DNA of 64,000 bases. Origin: Ministeria vibrans ATCC 50519. Lineage: Eukaryota > Protista > Filasterea. The stretch covers positions 86,848-150,847 of the forward strand of contig CALSCP010001494.1 of the NCBI GenBank assembly GCA_943704425.1, given 5' to 3'. Below, one piece after another: positions 23,930 through 34,621 of this stretch (its first letter is position 1; the number at the start of each line of letters is the position of its first letter). The translations under genes were made by a program, and so were the position numbers. The notes under the pieces are model-generated. The model saw only the letters and a program-made list of their open reading frames with translations, was not told where the DNA came from and searched no databases.

Positions 23930-24009
23930 GTGTCGCTACCTGCATCGCAGAGGGACGGGCCAAGGACAAGAAGAGCACACAGCAAAGCACACAGCGTCAT
24001 TCGCTTCAT
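16342..24009 (-). CDS. Receptor tyrosine (pseudo)kinase: signal peptide, receptor-L domain, ~25 Ca-EGF, ZU5-like module, 2 EGF, TM, Tyr-rich juxtamembrane region, TK domain
   Basis: Exon 1 [23 protein letters not shown]; [11 protein letters not shown]-domain exons; D/N-I-D/N-EC..C.NGGTC EGF array; [23 protein letters not shown]; [47 protein letters not shown]; intron 16890-16985. Confidence 0.92.
20650..22760 (-). repeat. Near-identical 114-bp EGF-coding tandem repeats with a higher-order block duplication
   Basis: 38-aa units almost identical at the DNA level; the ETEKDEC-containing block recurs 798 bp (7x114) apart. Confidence 0.92.
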
Positions 24010-24292
24010 CGCTTGCTGCTCGTCCCGTCCTATCGAGGTGACACAATCAAAATAATCAATGAAGAAAAAACTGATTATCTTGAGCAGATGAACAATAAAG
24101 CCCGATTCCGCTTCTTTTCTTTCTCAGCTACAACAGCCTGAAGCCACTCACACCTCAAACCTCACCCCTGAAACAAGACAGCCCCTCTCTTTAATCCTGT
24201 GAGAAGAGTGATGGTCCGTAGCTTTATGTGAAATTCATCGGGAATTTACAAATGAGTGAACTCATCTCATTGACCATTGTCAATTTTCTTAC

Positions 24293-26906
24293 ATGCTTCG
24301 TTTGGTCTTTGTCGCGTCGCTTATTGCCGTGGCAAGTAGTGTGCGCCTGCCACCCGTCATTGGCTCCAACATGGTGCTTCAGCGGGCCCCCACTAAGGCT
24401 GTTCTGTGGGGTACGAGATGGTTTGGATGTCACCGCCAGACCTGTGACTGGCGCGTTCCCGCCCCCCTCCCCCCCCCCATCAGCACCCACTGGGCCTCTT
24501 TCTAATGGGTCTTTGTAGGCTGGGGTGCGCCAAAGGACACTGTGAAGCTGGTTCTTGTCGAAAAGAGCATTTCGACGACGGCCACTGTTGATTCGCGTAC
24601 GGTCTACGCTGCGCGCCTCGCCTTCCGCCTCCTGCACGATTCACATTCTCACCCACGCCTCCTTCTCTCCCTCTCCTTGTTCTTTTCCTTCTTTCTTTTT
24701 CGTCTGTTTTTTTTTCCGTTGTCTCCTATTGTGTATTGTGTGTTGTAGAGGGTGCTTGGAAGGCCCACTTCGATCCTGTCGCTCCCGGCGGTCCGTTCAC
24801 CATCACCATTACAGACTCTGCCAATACGACGACGCTGCACAATGTGTTGTTTGGCGATGTGTTCTTGTGCTCGGTAGCAAGAAACGCCAATGCAAAGCAC
24901 AGCCCGTCACACTCATCCGTGTATTGTTCTGCAGGGTCAGAGCAACATGGAATTTTCTGTGTCCATGGCGTTTAACGCAACAAACGAGATCACAGCCGCC
25001 GGTGACTTTCCTTCCATTCGCGTGTTTACTGGTACATTGTTGTTGTTTTTTTTCCAACCTGTAATTACGTTTTTGTCTCATCTCATCTGTTCATTAGTGA
25101 ACAAGAATGTGTCGCTCACGCCGATTGACACGTTCTCGTCGGCCGCGCCGTACGAGTGGGGTGTGAGCAGTCCCACGACCATTGGTGGACCGCAATGGCA
25201 ATACTTCTCGGCAACGTGCTACTTCTTTGGTCGCGAAGTGTACAAGCGTGACCAGACAGTGCCGGTAGGACTGGTGGCGAGTGACTGGGGCGGAACCTAC
25301 GTGCAGGCATGGAGCTCGCCCGACGCACTTGCTCAGTGTAACACAACAGCGACGGCAGCATCGCCACCTGTGAAGCACATGCTAGGCGATCCAAACCCGA
25401 ACCAGCCGTCAGTTCTGTGGAACGCCATGATTTACCCTCTGCTCAACGTATCGTCGAACATTGAGCGTTTTCCGAGAATCTTCTCACACCCATTGTTTTA
25501 AATATTGTTGTTGCAGATGCGCTTTGGCGGGTTTGTATGGTACCAGGGTGAGGCCAATGCCAAAGACGCAGACCATTACACGTGCATGTTCTCCGCCATG
25601 ATCAGCGACTGGCGCGACAAGTTTGACGCCACTGTCCACGACACCCCCTTCCTCTTTGTCCAGCTCGCCCCGTACGTCGACAGCGGCAATAGTAACTTCC
25701 CGGCGCTTCGCTGGGCTCAGACGGTAAGGCAACATGATAAGACAGTGACAGAGTGTATGTGTATTCTCTGATTGTGCGTGTGTGTTTCTTTTCGAACAGG
25801 GTGCTCTGAAACTTCCTAACGTGGGAATGGCCGTTGCAATTGATCTCGGGTGAGTATATCAGAATAATAATAATAATAATAATTATTATTATTAATGTTA
25901 TTATATATACGTGCGTATGTGTATCTAACAAGTATATTTTTGAGTAGTGATCCAACCTCTCCTTTTGGCTCCATTCACCCCCGAAACAAGCAAGAAGTAA
26001 GTGTGTGAGTGGTCATTGTGTCTCTATGTGGGGTGTTGTTGAAGTGGTAACTGACTGTGTGTTGCGAGCGAGTGTATGTGTGTATAAGTGTGATTTTTCA
26101 ACTGACAATCTGCTGTGTGTAGGTTGGTCGGCGCCTGGCACTCTGGGCTGAGCGCATAATGTACCATCGCGATGTGCCTGCCAGTGGGCCCGTGCCTGCC
26201 AAAGCCACCCGTCAACAGTGTACGATACACCCAGATAAGAGTGACTTGGCCATGAGAGAGAGAAAGAAAGAGATAGAGAGACAGAGAGGAGGGGGAAAGA
26301 ACAAAGTGATAGAGAGACAGAGACCAAGTGAGAGAGAAGANNNNNGGAGAGACCAAGTGAGAGAGAGAGAAACAAATTCATAGAGAGAGGAGAGATAAAG
26401 TTACAAAGTGATAGAGATCAAACTCTCCTTCTTTTTTTAGTTGGTGATAAGTGGATGATCACTTTGACATTTTCCAACAGTGAACTTCTGACTCTCATTG
26501 GCACTGAGGTATGGAAAAGAGGCACAACCGACAACGACCGCAACTCACTGTTATATGTGTCAATCAATCGACTTAGGCGTGTGACGAGTGCTGTCGGGTG
26601 GCGGGTGCTGGTTTTGAACTGCAGCAGGATGACGGGACGTGGGAGACGGCTGACGCTGCTTTTGTCAACCAAGGTGGAGCATGAGAGAGACAGAGCGAAG
26701 ACGCAAACGCACAGTCACAAAAACACAAAAATACGCATAATGTACTCACACTTCTCTTGTTTTGTGTTGCAGCGTCTGTGGTCGTGTCCAAGAGCGGCAG
26801 CGGTACTCCTGTGGCGGTGCGCTTTGCCTGGTCCGAGTACCCTCAGTGCGCTCTCTACAACTCGGCTCTGCTTGCGAGTGCGCCCTTTGAAGTCCCTTGT
26901 GCCTAA
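24293..26906 (+). CDS. SIAE: Sialate O-acetylesterase (SGNH), secreted/lysosomal, multi-exon
   Basis: Signal peptide, GSNMVLQR, FGDVFLCS|GQSNME, FSATCYFFG, GLVASDWGGT, LWNAMIYP, WYQGEAN, VQLAP, IHPRNKQEV, VRFAWSEYPQCALYN..PF. Confidence 0.92.
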
Positions 26907-26974
26907 CACTTACACAACTTTAGCTTCTTCCTATTGCTTCTCATCAGCTGTATACGATGTGACCAATCTGTTTT

Positions 26975-28105
26975 TCATTCCACCCACGGCATGCGTGGCA
27001 AGTCCACCGGCGTGGCGTTGCAGAACTTGAAGTGGTCTTCGTCGTAAAACCCTTTGCATTGCCACGTCACGTTGGTCTGGTCGTACGGCACGTTTCCCTT
27101 GTACTTGGGCACAGGGCGTCCGCCAAAGCACTTTGGACACCGTCCCCATGCGCCATATAGTGCTCCGTCTAGAAACAAAGAAAACGCAGACGCGCCAGTT
27201 TCTTCACTTGGTCTCCACCCTTTGTCTTACCCACGACACGCGCGAGACATTCGGGTTTGTTGGCGGGCTTGACCATGCCATTCTTCCCAAGCAGTTCTTT
27301 GAGTGCCACCAAGGAGTACTTTTCGTACTTCTCCTTCAGCGAGTCGTACTTGAGACGGTCTGCCGACATCCCCTTTGCCTTCTTCTTCACAGGTGTCACC
27401 TTCTTCTTAGGCACAGTCGCCGCCTTTGTCGGTGTCGCCTTCTTGGGTGTTGCCTTTGTCGGTGTCGCCTTCTTGGGTGTTGCCTTTGTCGGTGTCGCCT
27501 TCTTGGGTGTTGCCTTTGTCGGTGTCGCCTTGGCCTTTCTGGCTGGCGTTGCGTCCTTCTTCACAGTTGTCTTGGCAGCAGATGCCCTTTTAGTGGGCTT
27601 CTTCGCCGGCGCCGTCTGATCACTGTCGTCGTCACTCTCCGAGTCGGAGTCCGTTGCGGTGGCGGCAGCAGCAGCAGCAGCAGCCGCGCGCGATGATGGT
27701 TTCCGCACTCGCCCGCCCGTCACAGCCGTTGCGGGAGCAGCCGACTTCTTCTTCCCCTTCGCCCCCTTTGCCGGTGGAGTCGCGGTCTTTGCCACAGCCT
27801 TCTGCTTGGGAGAGGCGCCCGCCTTGGCGGGTGTGGCAGAAGTGGCCTAACAAGAGAGAGAGGGCATTTTTTTGAAATTTGTTTATAAACAAATTTAGGT
27901 TCTTCCGTACGACAGTGTAGCGACTGCGGCTCTTTGAAAGTGCTCCAGCTTTGGTCATTTTGGCGAGTTCTGCTGTGATCTTTGTCATGTACTTGTTGGC
28001 GTCGGTGCCGTAAAGGGTCTTGGCAACGGCCGTCACTGTGCTTCCATTTCGCTCTTTCAGCTGAGAAATCGAGTCCAGGATCTTGCTCGACAGTGAGACG
28101 GGCAT
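26975..28105 (-). CDS. Linker histone H1-like protein fused to a C-terminal PADR1 (PARP1 Zn3-like) domain; 3 exons
   Basis: Exon 1 (28105-27911) winged-helix SKILDSISQLKERNGST..AGALSKSRSRYTV; exon 2 (27846-27231) K/A/P/T tail then LKELLGKNGMVKPANKPECLARVV; exon 3 (27168-26975) DGALYGAWGRCPKCFGG..WQCKGFYDEDHFKFC..RMPW; both splices keep frame. Confidence 0.8.
27415..27532 (-). repeat. 30-bp coding tandem repeat (KATPKKATPT) in the H1 tail
   Basis: gcctttgtcggtgtcgccttcttgggtgtt x3.5. Confidence 0.9.
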
Positions 28106-28235
28106 CTCGTAAGAGTCACAAAAGCCAGACGCTAAGAAGATAAGAAAGTGATCAGCGTTTGAGATTTCAGGACTCACAGTTCACTTCAGAAACTAAACCC
28201 TCAAATTAATATCAAAACTCAAACAATTTTATCGT

Positions 28236-28541
28236 ATGGCGGCTGAAAAAGAGAGAATACAGCGCGCTGTTGTGAGACTGGAGGCGTACGCCGTATCGCA
28301 AGGATACGAGTCAGCTGGATGCGACGACTCAAACACGACTTCGCGACTCACTTCAATAACAGCCTTTCTGGAGGCTCTTGCGCCTGCACCTGATGCAGAC
28401 GTGCCAGAGGACGCTGATCAAGAGACGTTGCCATCGACTGGCGCAGCGAAGGAGTCAAGGGGGAAGGCAGCGAAGAAGAAAGCGGAACGGAAAGAGACAT
28501 CCAAGGAGACAAAGAAGAAGAAGGGCTGTATTGTAATGTAG
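28236..28541 (+). CDS. 101-aa single-exon protein with RLE-like helices, polybasic tail and CaaX box (CIVM)
   Basis: ATG to TAG intact; ends KETKKKKGCIVM; N-terminal RIQRAVVRLEAYA. Confidence 0.75.
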   Translation: MAAEKERIQRAVVRLEAYAVSQGYESAGCDDSNTTSRLTSITAFLEALAPAPDADVPEDADQETLPSTGAAKESRGKAAKKKAERKETSKETKKKKGCIVM

Positions 28542-28731
28542 TCTATCGTGTATGTAACTTGCAGCTAAGGGTACTGACATCTGTCTTGTGTGCATAAGAC
28601 GTAGAGGATAAGACGTTGTTACCTTTTGACCATTGACTATTCACAAAAATCAAAAATGAAAACAAATAATTATTTAACAAATCATTAGATTTTTCACGAG
28701 TTCTCCGTTGTAACTTGTATCTTGCTCAGGG

Positions 28732-29691
28732 ATGCGGGCTGCAGCTGCGTTTGGACTGTCGTCGTTTTCGCTGACGCTCCTACACAACGTTTTTATTTTA
28801 TACTATGTATTGAAATTGTTATCTCGATCGATCTTTCCGACTCACAAATGCCCTCTGTCTCTCGTTCTTGCCCTCCCCAAAGGTCCATATGTTTGTAATA
28901 TACTACGGCATGAGCGCGTCTGCCTTCTACTATGGACAGATCTTCTTTTTGCTGTGGAACTGTGCGAACGATCCACTCATCGCTTGGCTTCAAGATCAGA
29001 CATCACTCTCGGCCGAAGCGTACGTTTTATCGTCTGGCAGGGAGGCGTGACGAGGAGAGGGAGGGGTGGGCTGCTCGACACGCCATATACATGCTTACCT
29101 CCTCAAATCAATGATCCCCTGCAGGACTCGCACTCGCGTTGCCCTCTCGACGATCCGCAAGCGCATCCGGGCACTGCGCCTGGGCGGACCCCTCTTTGCA
29201 ACCATCTTTGTGCTCGTATGGATTCCCTGGTTGCCTTCCGTCGAACTACAGTTTGTCGTGTGCATCGTGCTCTACGACGGCTTTCTGACATACGTCGAGC
29301 TCAACCAACAGGTACTAATGATCAATGTCTATTCATCATTGCAATTATGAGCTTTAATCTTCTCCTATTCCTTTCCAAGGCTCTACTGGCGGATATGTCG
29401 CTGGACGAACATGTACGCACACGTATGAGTATGTGGAGCAGCGTGTGCTCGACGGTCGGTTCACTCTCCGTCTTTGTCTCTTACTCCCTCTGGCACACCT
29501 CCGACCTCTTCTACTTTCGCTTTTTCACCTTTGTCATTGCCGCCATCTCTGCCACGGGATTTATAATATCGGCGTATCTCTTTGAACGTGAGATTGGTAC
29601 TACATCCACGATATTTGTATATGCAGAGAGACAGAGAGGAGAGAGAGACAGAGAGACAGAGACAGAGAGAGAGAGACAGAGAGAGAGAGAC

Positions 29692-29780
<89 letters not shown>

Positions 29781-31028
29781 AAAGTGAGAGAGAACAAAGT
29801 GAGAGAGAACAAAGTGAGAGAGAACAAAGTGAGAGAGAACAAAGTGAGAGAGAACAAAGTGAGAGAGAACAAAGTGAGAGAGGGGAGACAGAAAGAAACA
29901 ACGTGGGTGGGTGAGAGAATATACCATTTAATTACGCCACACACAGATAGCCGTCCGCCCGAGCACACCAGCAGCACACAGACGAACAGCCCTCAAGACG
30001 CACCCCCTAGCCTCTCGTGGTTTGCCTTCCTTCGCCAGATGCTTGCCTACCCCAACTTTGTCATGTACACCATGGTGTCCCTCATCCAGTGCTTCCACTG
30101 CCACTTCAACAGCAACTTCTTCCCGCTCATCATCACCACTCTCCTGTCCCTCACTCCTGCTCGTACGTCACAATGACAAAAACATAGCTATAATTAATTT
30201 TATATATATATGAGTGTGGTGTGAGTGTAATTGAGAAGAACAGAGATGAACGACAAGGAACGGCTCTCATTAAAGACTGTTTTGCAGAGGGTAGTCTCCT
30301 ACTGGGCGTTTCGTTTGTCGCGCCGCACCTCAACAACATCTACTTCAGCCATCTGAGTGAGCGGCTGGGGACCTACCGGGTCATCCGCGGGCTCTTCTTC
30401 ACCAAAGTTCTCCTTGCCCTCGCTGTGTGGATGTCGGGCAGGGATGCGGTGGTGCCCTTGGCTCTCTATGTCGTCAGCAACCGCATCTTCACCGAAGGTG
30501 ATCTAAATTATTTTTACACGCCTATTGTGGCACTCGAGTAACCTTCTACTTGGATATGGGGTGTGCTAGGGACGTGCAAGCTGAGTGCGCTGATTGTGTC
30601 GGACATTGCTGACGAAGACTATCTGCTGCATGGCCGTCGCCAACAGGTGTCTGCGCTCGTTCTGAGTGCCAGTGCCCTTCTCACCAAGGCCGGCCAGACC
30701 ATCGCCCCCATTCTTGGTACGCACCCTTTTACCCCCAGTCACTCACTCACTTCCCTTTCGCTTGCTTGTGTCCTCGCCGCTTTTTTTTCTCTCAGGCACA
30801 TTCTTCCTGAGTGGACATCTCAGCAGCGCTTTCGGTTCTGATCTCGCTCCCGAAGCTGAGTCCGAATCTGATGAATCTACAGCGAGTGATACCCAAACTG
30901 TCCTCTTTCGTCTCATTGTGTTTGTCCCGCTCGTGTGTGGTGCCCTTCAATTGTTCCTCTGGCGCTTCTTCACCCTGCACTCGCGTCGTCTCGCCGACGT
31001 TAAGCACGCCATTGCCTCTCGTGTCTAG
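28732..31028 (+). CDS. MFSD13A: MFS transporter TMEM180/MFSD13A, multi-exon
   Basis: LLHNVFILYY|V, FLLWNCANDPL, LYDGFLTYV, QCFHCHFNSNFFP, SNRIFTEG|TCKL, DIADED, TKAGQTIAP, CGALQLFLWRFFTLH. Confidence 0.9.
29778..29882 (+). repeat. 15-bp tandem repeat GAGAGAGAACAAAGT x7 (member of the dispersed intronic motif family)
   Basis: Seen directly, following a (GA)n tract in an MFSD13A intron. Confidence 0.92.
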
Positions 31029-31044
31029 CATACACACACTCACA

Positions 31045-31113
<69 letters not shown>

Positions 31114-31259
31114 TCACACTCACACTCACTCACACACACACACACACACTACTCATTTCCGCACTGAGTTCTCCCCTTTGTAGTATATTTTTAAACAAGC
31201 GTTTCATGTACTTTTCTTTTCTATCTTACATTGCATTTCTTCTGGTTCTCCTTCCTTCC

Positions 31260-32811
31260 TCACTGTCCCCAATCAATCGCAAACTTGGTCACTCGCGGCT
31301 TATCCAGAATGTTCCGTACCACTTTCCCAATGTCAATTCTCGTCGGAGGGTTTTCTCTGCACGCACAATCAGTCGCGGGTCCATAAAAAACAACAACAAC
31401 AGGCATACCTCATTTCGGGATCACCATACTCATTGTTCACGTAGTAGCCGACGCGGATAAACTCTTGGCCCTTGTACGAGCATGTCACAAGAACGACTGT
31501 AACCCCGAGAATCTCGCCTTCGGGAATCGACGATGCTTTGGGGGGGTCCGCCTAGGAAGACAATGAGAAACGCAAATAAGTATGGTGGCTTAATGACGCC
31601 GAGGAGTATGCGCATCACAAGAGAAGGGGAAGAAACGAACAAAAAATTAGAGCACTCAAAAGAAACAGAAACAGAGAGAAGAGAGGCCGCGATGGAAAAA
31701 AGGCCGAACAATCTAATCACAACACTTTAAATGGTGCAACAGAGTGAGAGCGACATTTAATAATAAAAAATTCACATCGGCAGACGAGATAATGTGATAG
31801 AACATTTCAATTGAGTCATCACACACAACCCCTCGTAATCGCCACAGAATCAATATGTGCAGAGGGAGACAGGTTGAATTGAGATAACATACATCACAAC
31901 ACTTCAAAACGTCATCACACACACACAACCCCCCCCCGTAATCCCCACGGAATCCAGTATGTGCAGAAGGAGACATATTGAATTGAGATAACATACATCA
32001 CAACACTTCAAAACGTCATCACACACACAACCCCCCGTGATCCCCACAGAATTCAGTATGTGCAGAAGGAGACATATTGAATTGAGATAACATACATCAC
32101 AACACTTCAAAACGTCATCACAACAGAATTGACAATATGAAGACATACCGTAAATACAAACTGATTGAGACCAACAGGTACGGGCCCTACTAAGATGGAG
32201 TCGAGAACCTAAGTGAGAGTACAGTCGTTTCACAAACAGAGATCAAACTTCAAGCCAAACATACCTGGTCGTGCTCTTCGCTCTCGGCCGAGCCCACATA
32301 AATAAGCTTCCATTCTAGATCTACAGATCAACATACGTGAGTCGTTGCGTGTGTTTCTCGTCTGTTGTGCAAACACAAAAAGAACGTCGCGCCATCAACG
32401 AAACAGACACGTCTCCTATGCGCCAGTCTACGGCATCCCTCAGCGCTTCCACGCGCCCCAGGCAATTGTACCCCAAGCATCATTCATCGCGATGCGTCAT
32501 AATCGTCAAGGAACATCGTGCGTTCTCGCAACAGAAATCGCCATTGTTTTTTTTTTTTTTTTTCTTTTTCAATTTGCGCGCGATTCATTGCAAACGACCC
32601 ATTCCGTCCGTCGACGCTCGCGGACCGCGCGGGCAGCATGGCTGTACACAAGCAGGACACGCATAGGGTTCGAGGGACACTTGAAACAGGCTGGTTGCTC
32701 ACCGTCTTCAAGTGCGCTGAGACACTCAAAGTTTATTTGGAATTGAAAGGGCGCCGAGAATTCCGTAGGATTGTCCAACACGCTTATGTCCGTCACGGTG
32801 ATTACACTCAT
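31260..32811 (-). CDS. ASF1: Histone chaperone ASF1 (core domain only, ~157 aa, 5 exons)
   Basis: [24 protein letters not shown]|[18 protein letters not shown]|[20 protein letters not shown]|[19 protein letters not shown]..|[22 protein letters not shown]. Confidence 0.95.
31815..32125. repeat. ~100-bp tandem repeat x3 inside ASF1 intron 3
   Basis: gaattgagataacatacatcacaacacttcaaaacgtcatcaca recurs at about 31876, 31980 and 32079. Confidence 0.88.
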
Positions 32812-33582
32812 TGATAAGCTATATGGTACAGAGAGCAGACAAAAAAAAGTGTGTGAACTATGGAAACAGACTACAAGACGATCTCGGCTCAAAATCAATT
32901 CAAGCCTCAACGATTTGTTAATAATCGACCTTTTTTTTTGTTGACATAAACACACTCGGTACGTAGTGGTTGTGTTGCGCACATCGCTCGCCGTGAACGA
33001 GACCAGCCTAGCGGCGTTTCCCTGATTATGCTCAGCCCTTCCTTCAACTCACCAACGCCGCCCATTGAAGCTTCTGAATGCACCCCCCTGCCTTGTATAC
33101 GCTCTTCATGCATGCGTAGGGCGCACGCTGACCCGCGCGCAGCCCGTCGTTGCCGCGCACGACCCTCCTGCACGTTTCTTTCGCCGTGCTCCTCGTCATT
33201 CTCAGCGCCACCCCAATCCCCCCCTGCACGACGCCTGTCCCTCTCTCGTCGCTAGCCACCTTCCCCGACACCCCTCACACCCCTACCGCCGTTGCGCAAG
33301 ACCATCTCTTGTCACGCCGAGTCCCTTTTTTTTTTTTTNNNNNNNNNNTTTTTTTTTTTTTTTTTTTTTTTTGCTCTCCTCGCGTCAGCCGCTTCATACA
33401 GGCCGCTTGCCTTCGCTCTCGACGAATCTACATTGCCGCCCTGCCGTCCACCACGCCAACACCGCCGTCTGGCCTTTCTTTGTTTTCCATCATGGCTTTT
33501 TTTTTTTTTTTTTTTTTGGTCTTGTTCACTTTTGCCCTTTCCCTTACCGCCTCTCTTTTTTCTCTGCCCACGCTCTGTAGCC

Positions 33583-33797
33583 ATGTCGACAGAGCTCGAA
33601 ATCGCCGCGATGAAGAAAAAGCGTGCTTTCCGCAAGTACAGCTACCGTGGTGTTGACCTCGACAAGCTTCTGGAGGTCTCCAACGAGCAGGTAAGGCGAA
33701 GAAAAAAAAAAAGAAGAAGAAAGAACGGTGTCTGGCACACGCTATCCCCTGCACACGAGTGCCCATTCTGCATCCGAGAGCACTTGCATTGTAGACT

Positions 33798-33830
<33 letters not shown>

Positions 33831-34412
33831 TCGCTCTCTCTCTCTCTCTCTCTCGCTTCGCTTTTTGACACTTGTTCTTGCAGCTCCTCGAGCTTGTGCA
33901 CTCTCGTGCTCGCCGACGCTTCAACCGCGGCCTCAAGCGCAAGCCCATGCTTCTGATCAAGAAGCTGCGCAAGGCCAAGAAGGAGGCGTCCGTGCTGGAG
34001 AAGCCCGCGACAGTCAAGACGCATCTGCGCAACATGATCATCATGCCCGAGATGATCGGTTCCGTCGTCGGTGTGTACAACGGCAAGGCGTTCACCCAGG
34101 TCGAAATCAAGCCCGGTACGTGTGTGTTTGATCGTATGTATGTATTTTCGAGATACTCACACATGCCATTGTTGTGTAGACATGACTGGACAGTAAGCGA
34201 AAGACACCACCAGTGGATTTCCATCCTTCACATCTCATTCCTAACTTTCTTTTGTATCCTTTAGCTACCTTGGTGAGTTCTCCATCACGTACAAGCCCAT
34301 CTTCCACGGCCGCCCCGGTAATCACCTCACATTCAACATTGTGTCTTACTAAACTGAGTGCTCTCTTTCAGGCATGGGATCGACCGCGACCTCCCGTTTC
34401 ATCCCTCTCTGA
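33583..34412 (+). CDS. RPS15: 40S ribosomal protein S15 (uS19), 5 coding exons including a 13-nt microexon
   Basis: [57 protein letters not shown](D)MTGH|[15 protein letters not shown]|[13 protein letters not shown]. Confidence 0.97.
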
Positions 34413-34621
34413 GCATTGAAACACCACCTCTGTTTGAATGAAACCCCCCACTTGCCATTTATCAATATTGTTCAGTACTGAGACTACCCCGAGAGAATTC
34501 TCTCTCTCGTGACGAAAGAACTAGCTGTTATTACTCTTTAGCTGGCGTCTCAAGACTAAATCGAAATAAACTTAAAACTTTATCGGTTCATTAAATTTAT
34601 TTTGTGGTTCGCATTTTTGCC

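Noticed and set aside
29778-29882. CRISPR-like appearance of regularly spaced short repeats
   Set aside because: No unique spacers, no cas genes, eukaryotic intron.
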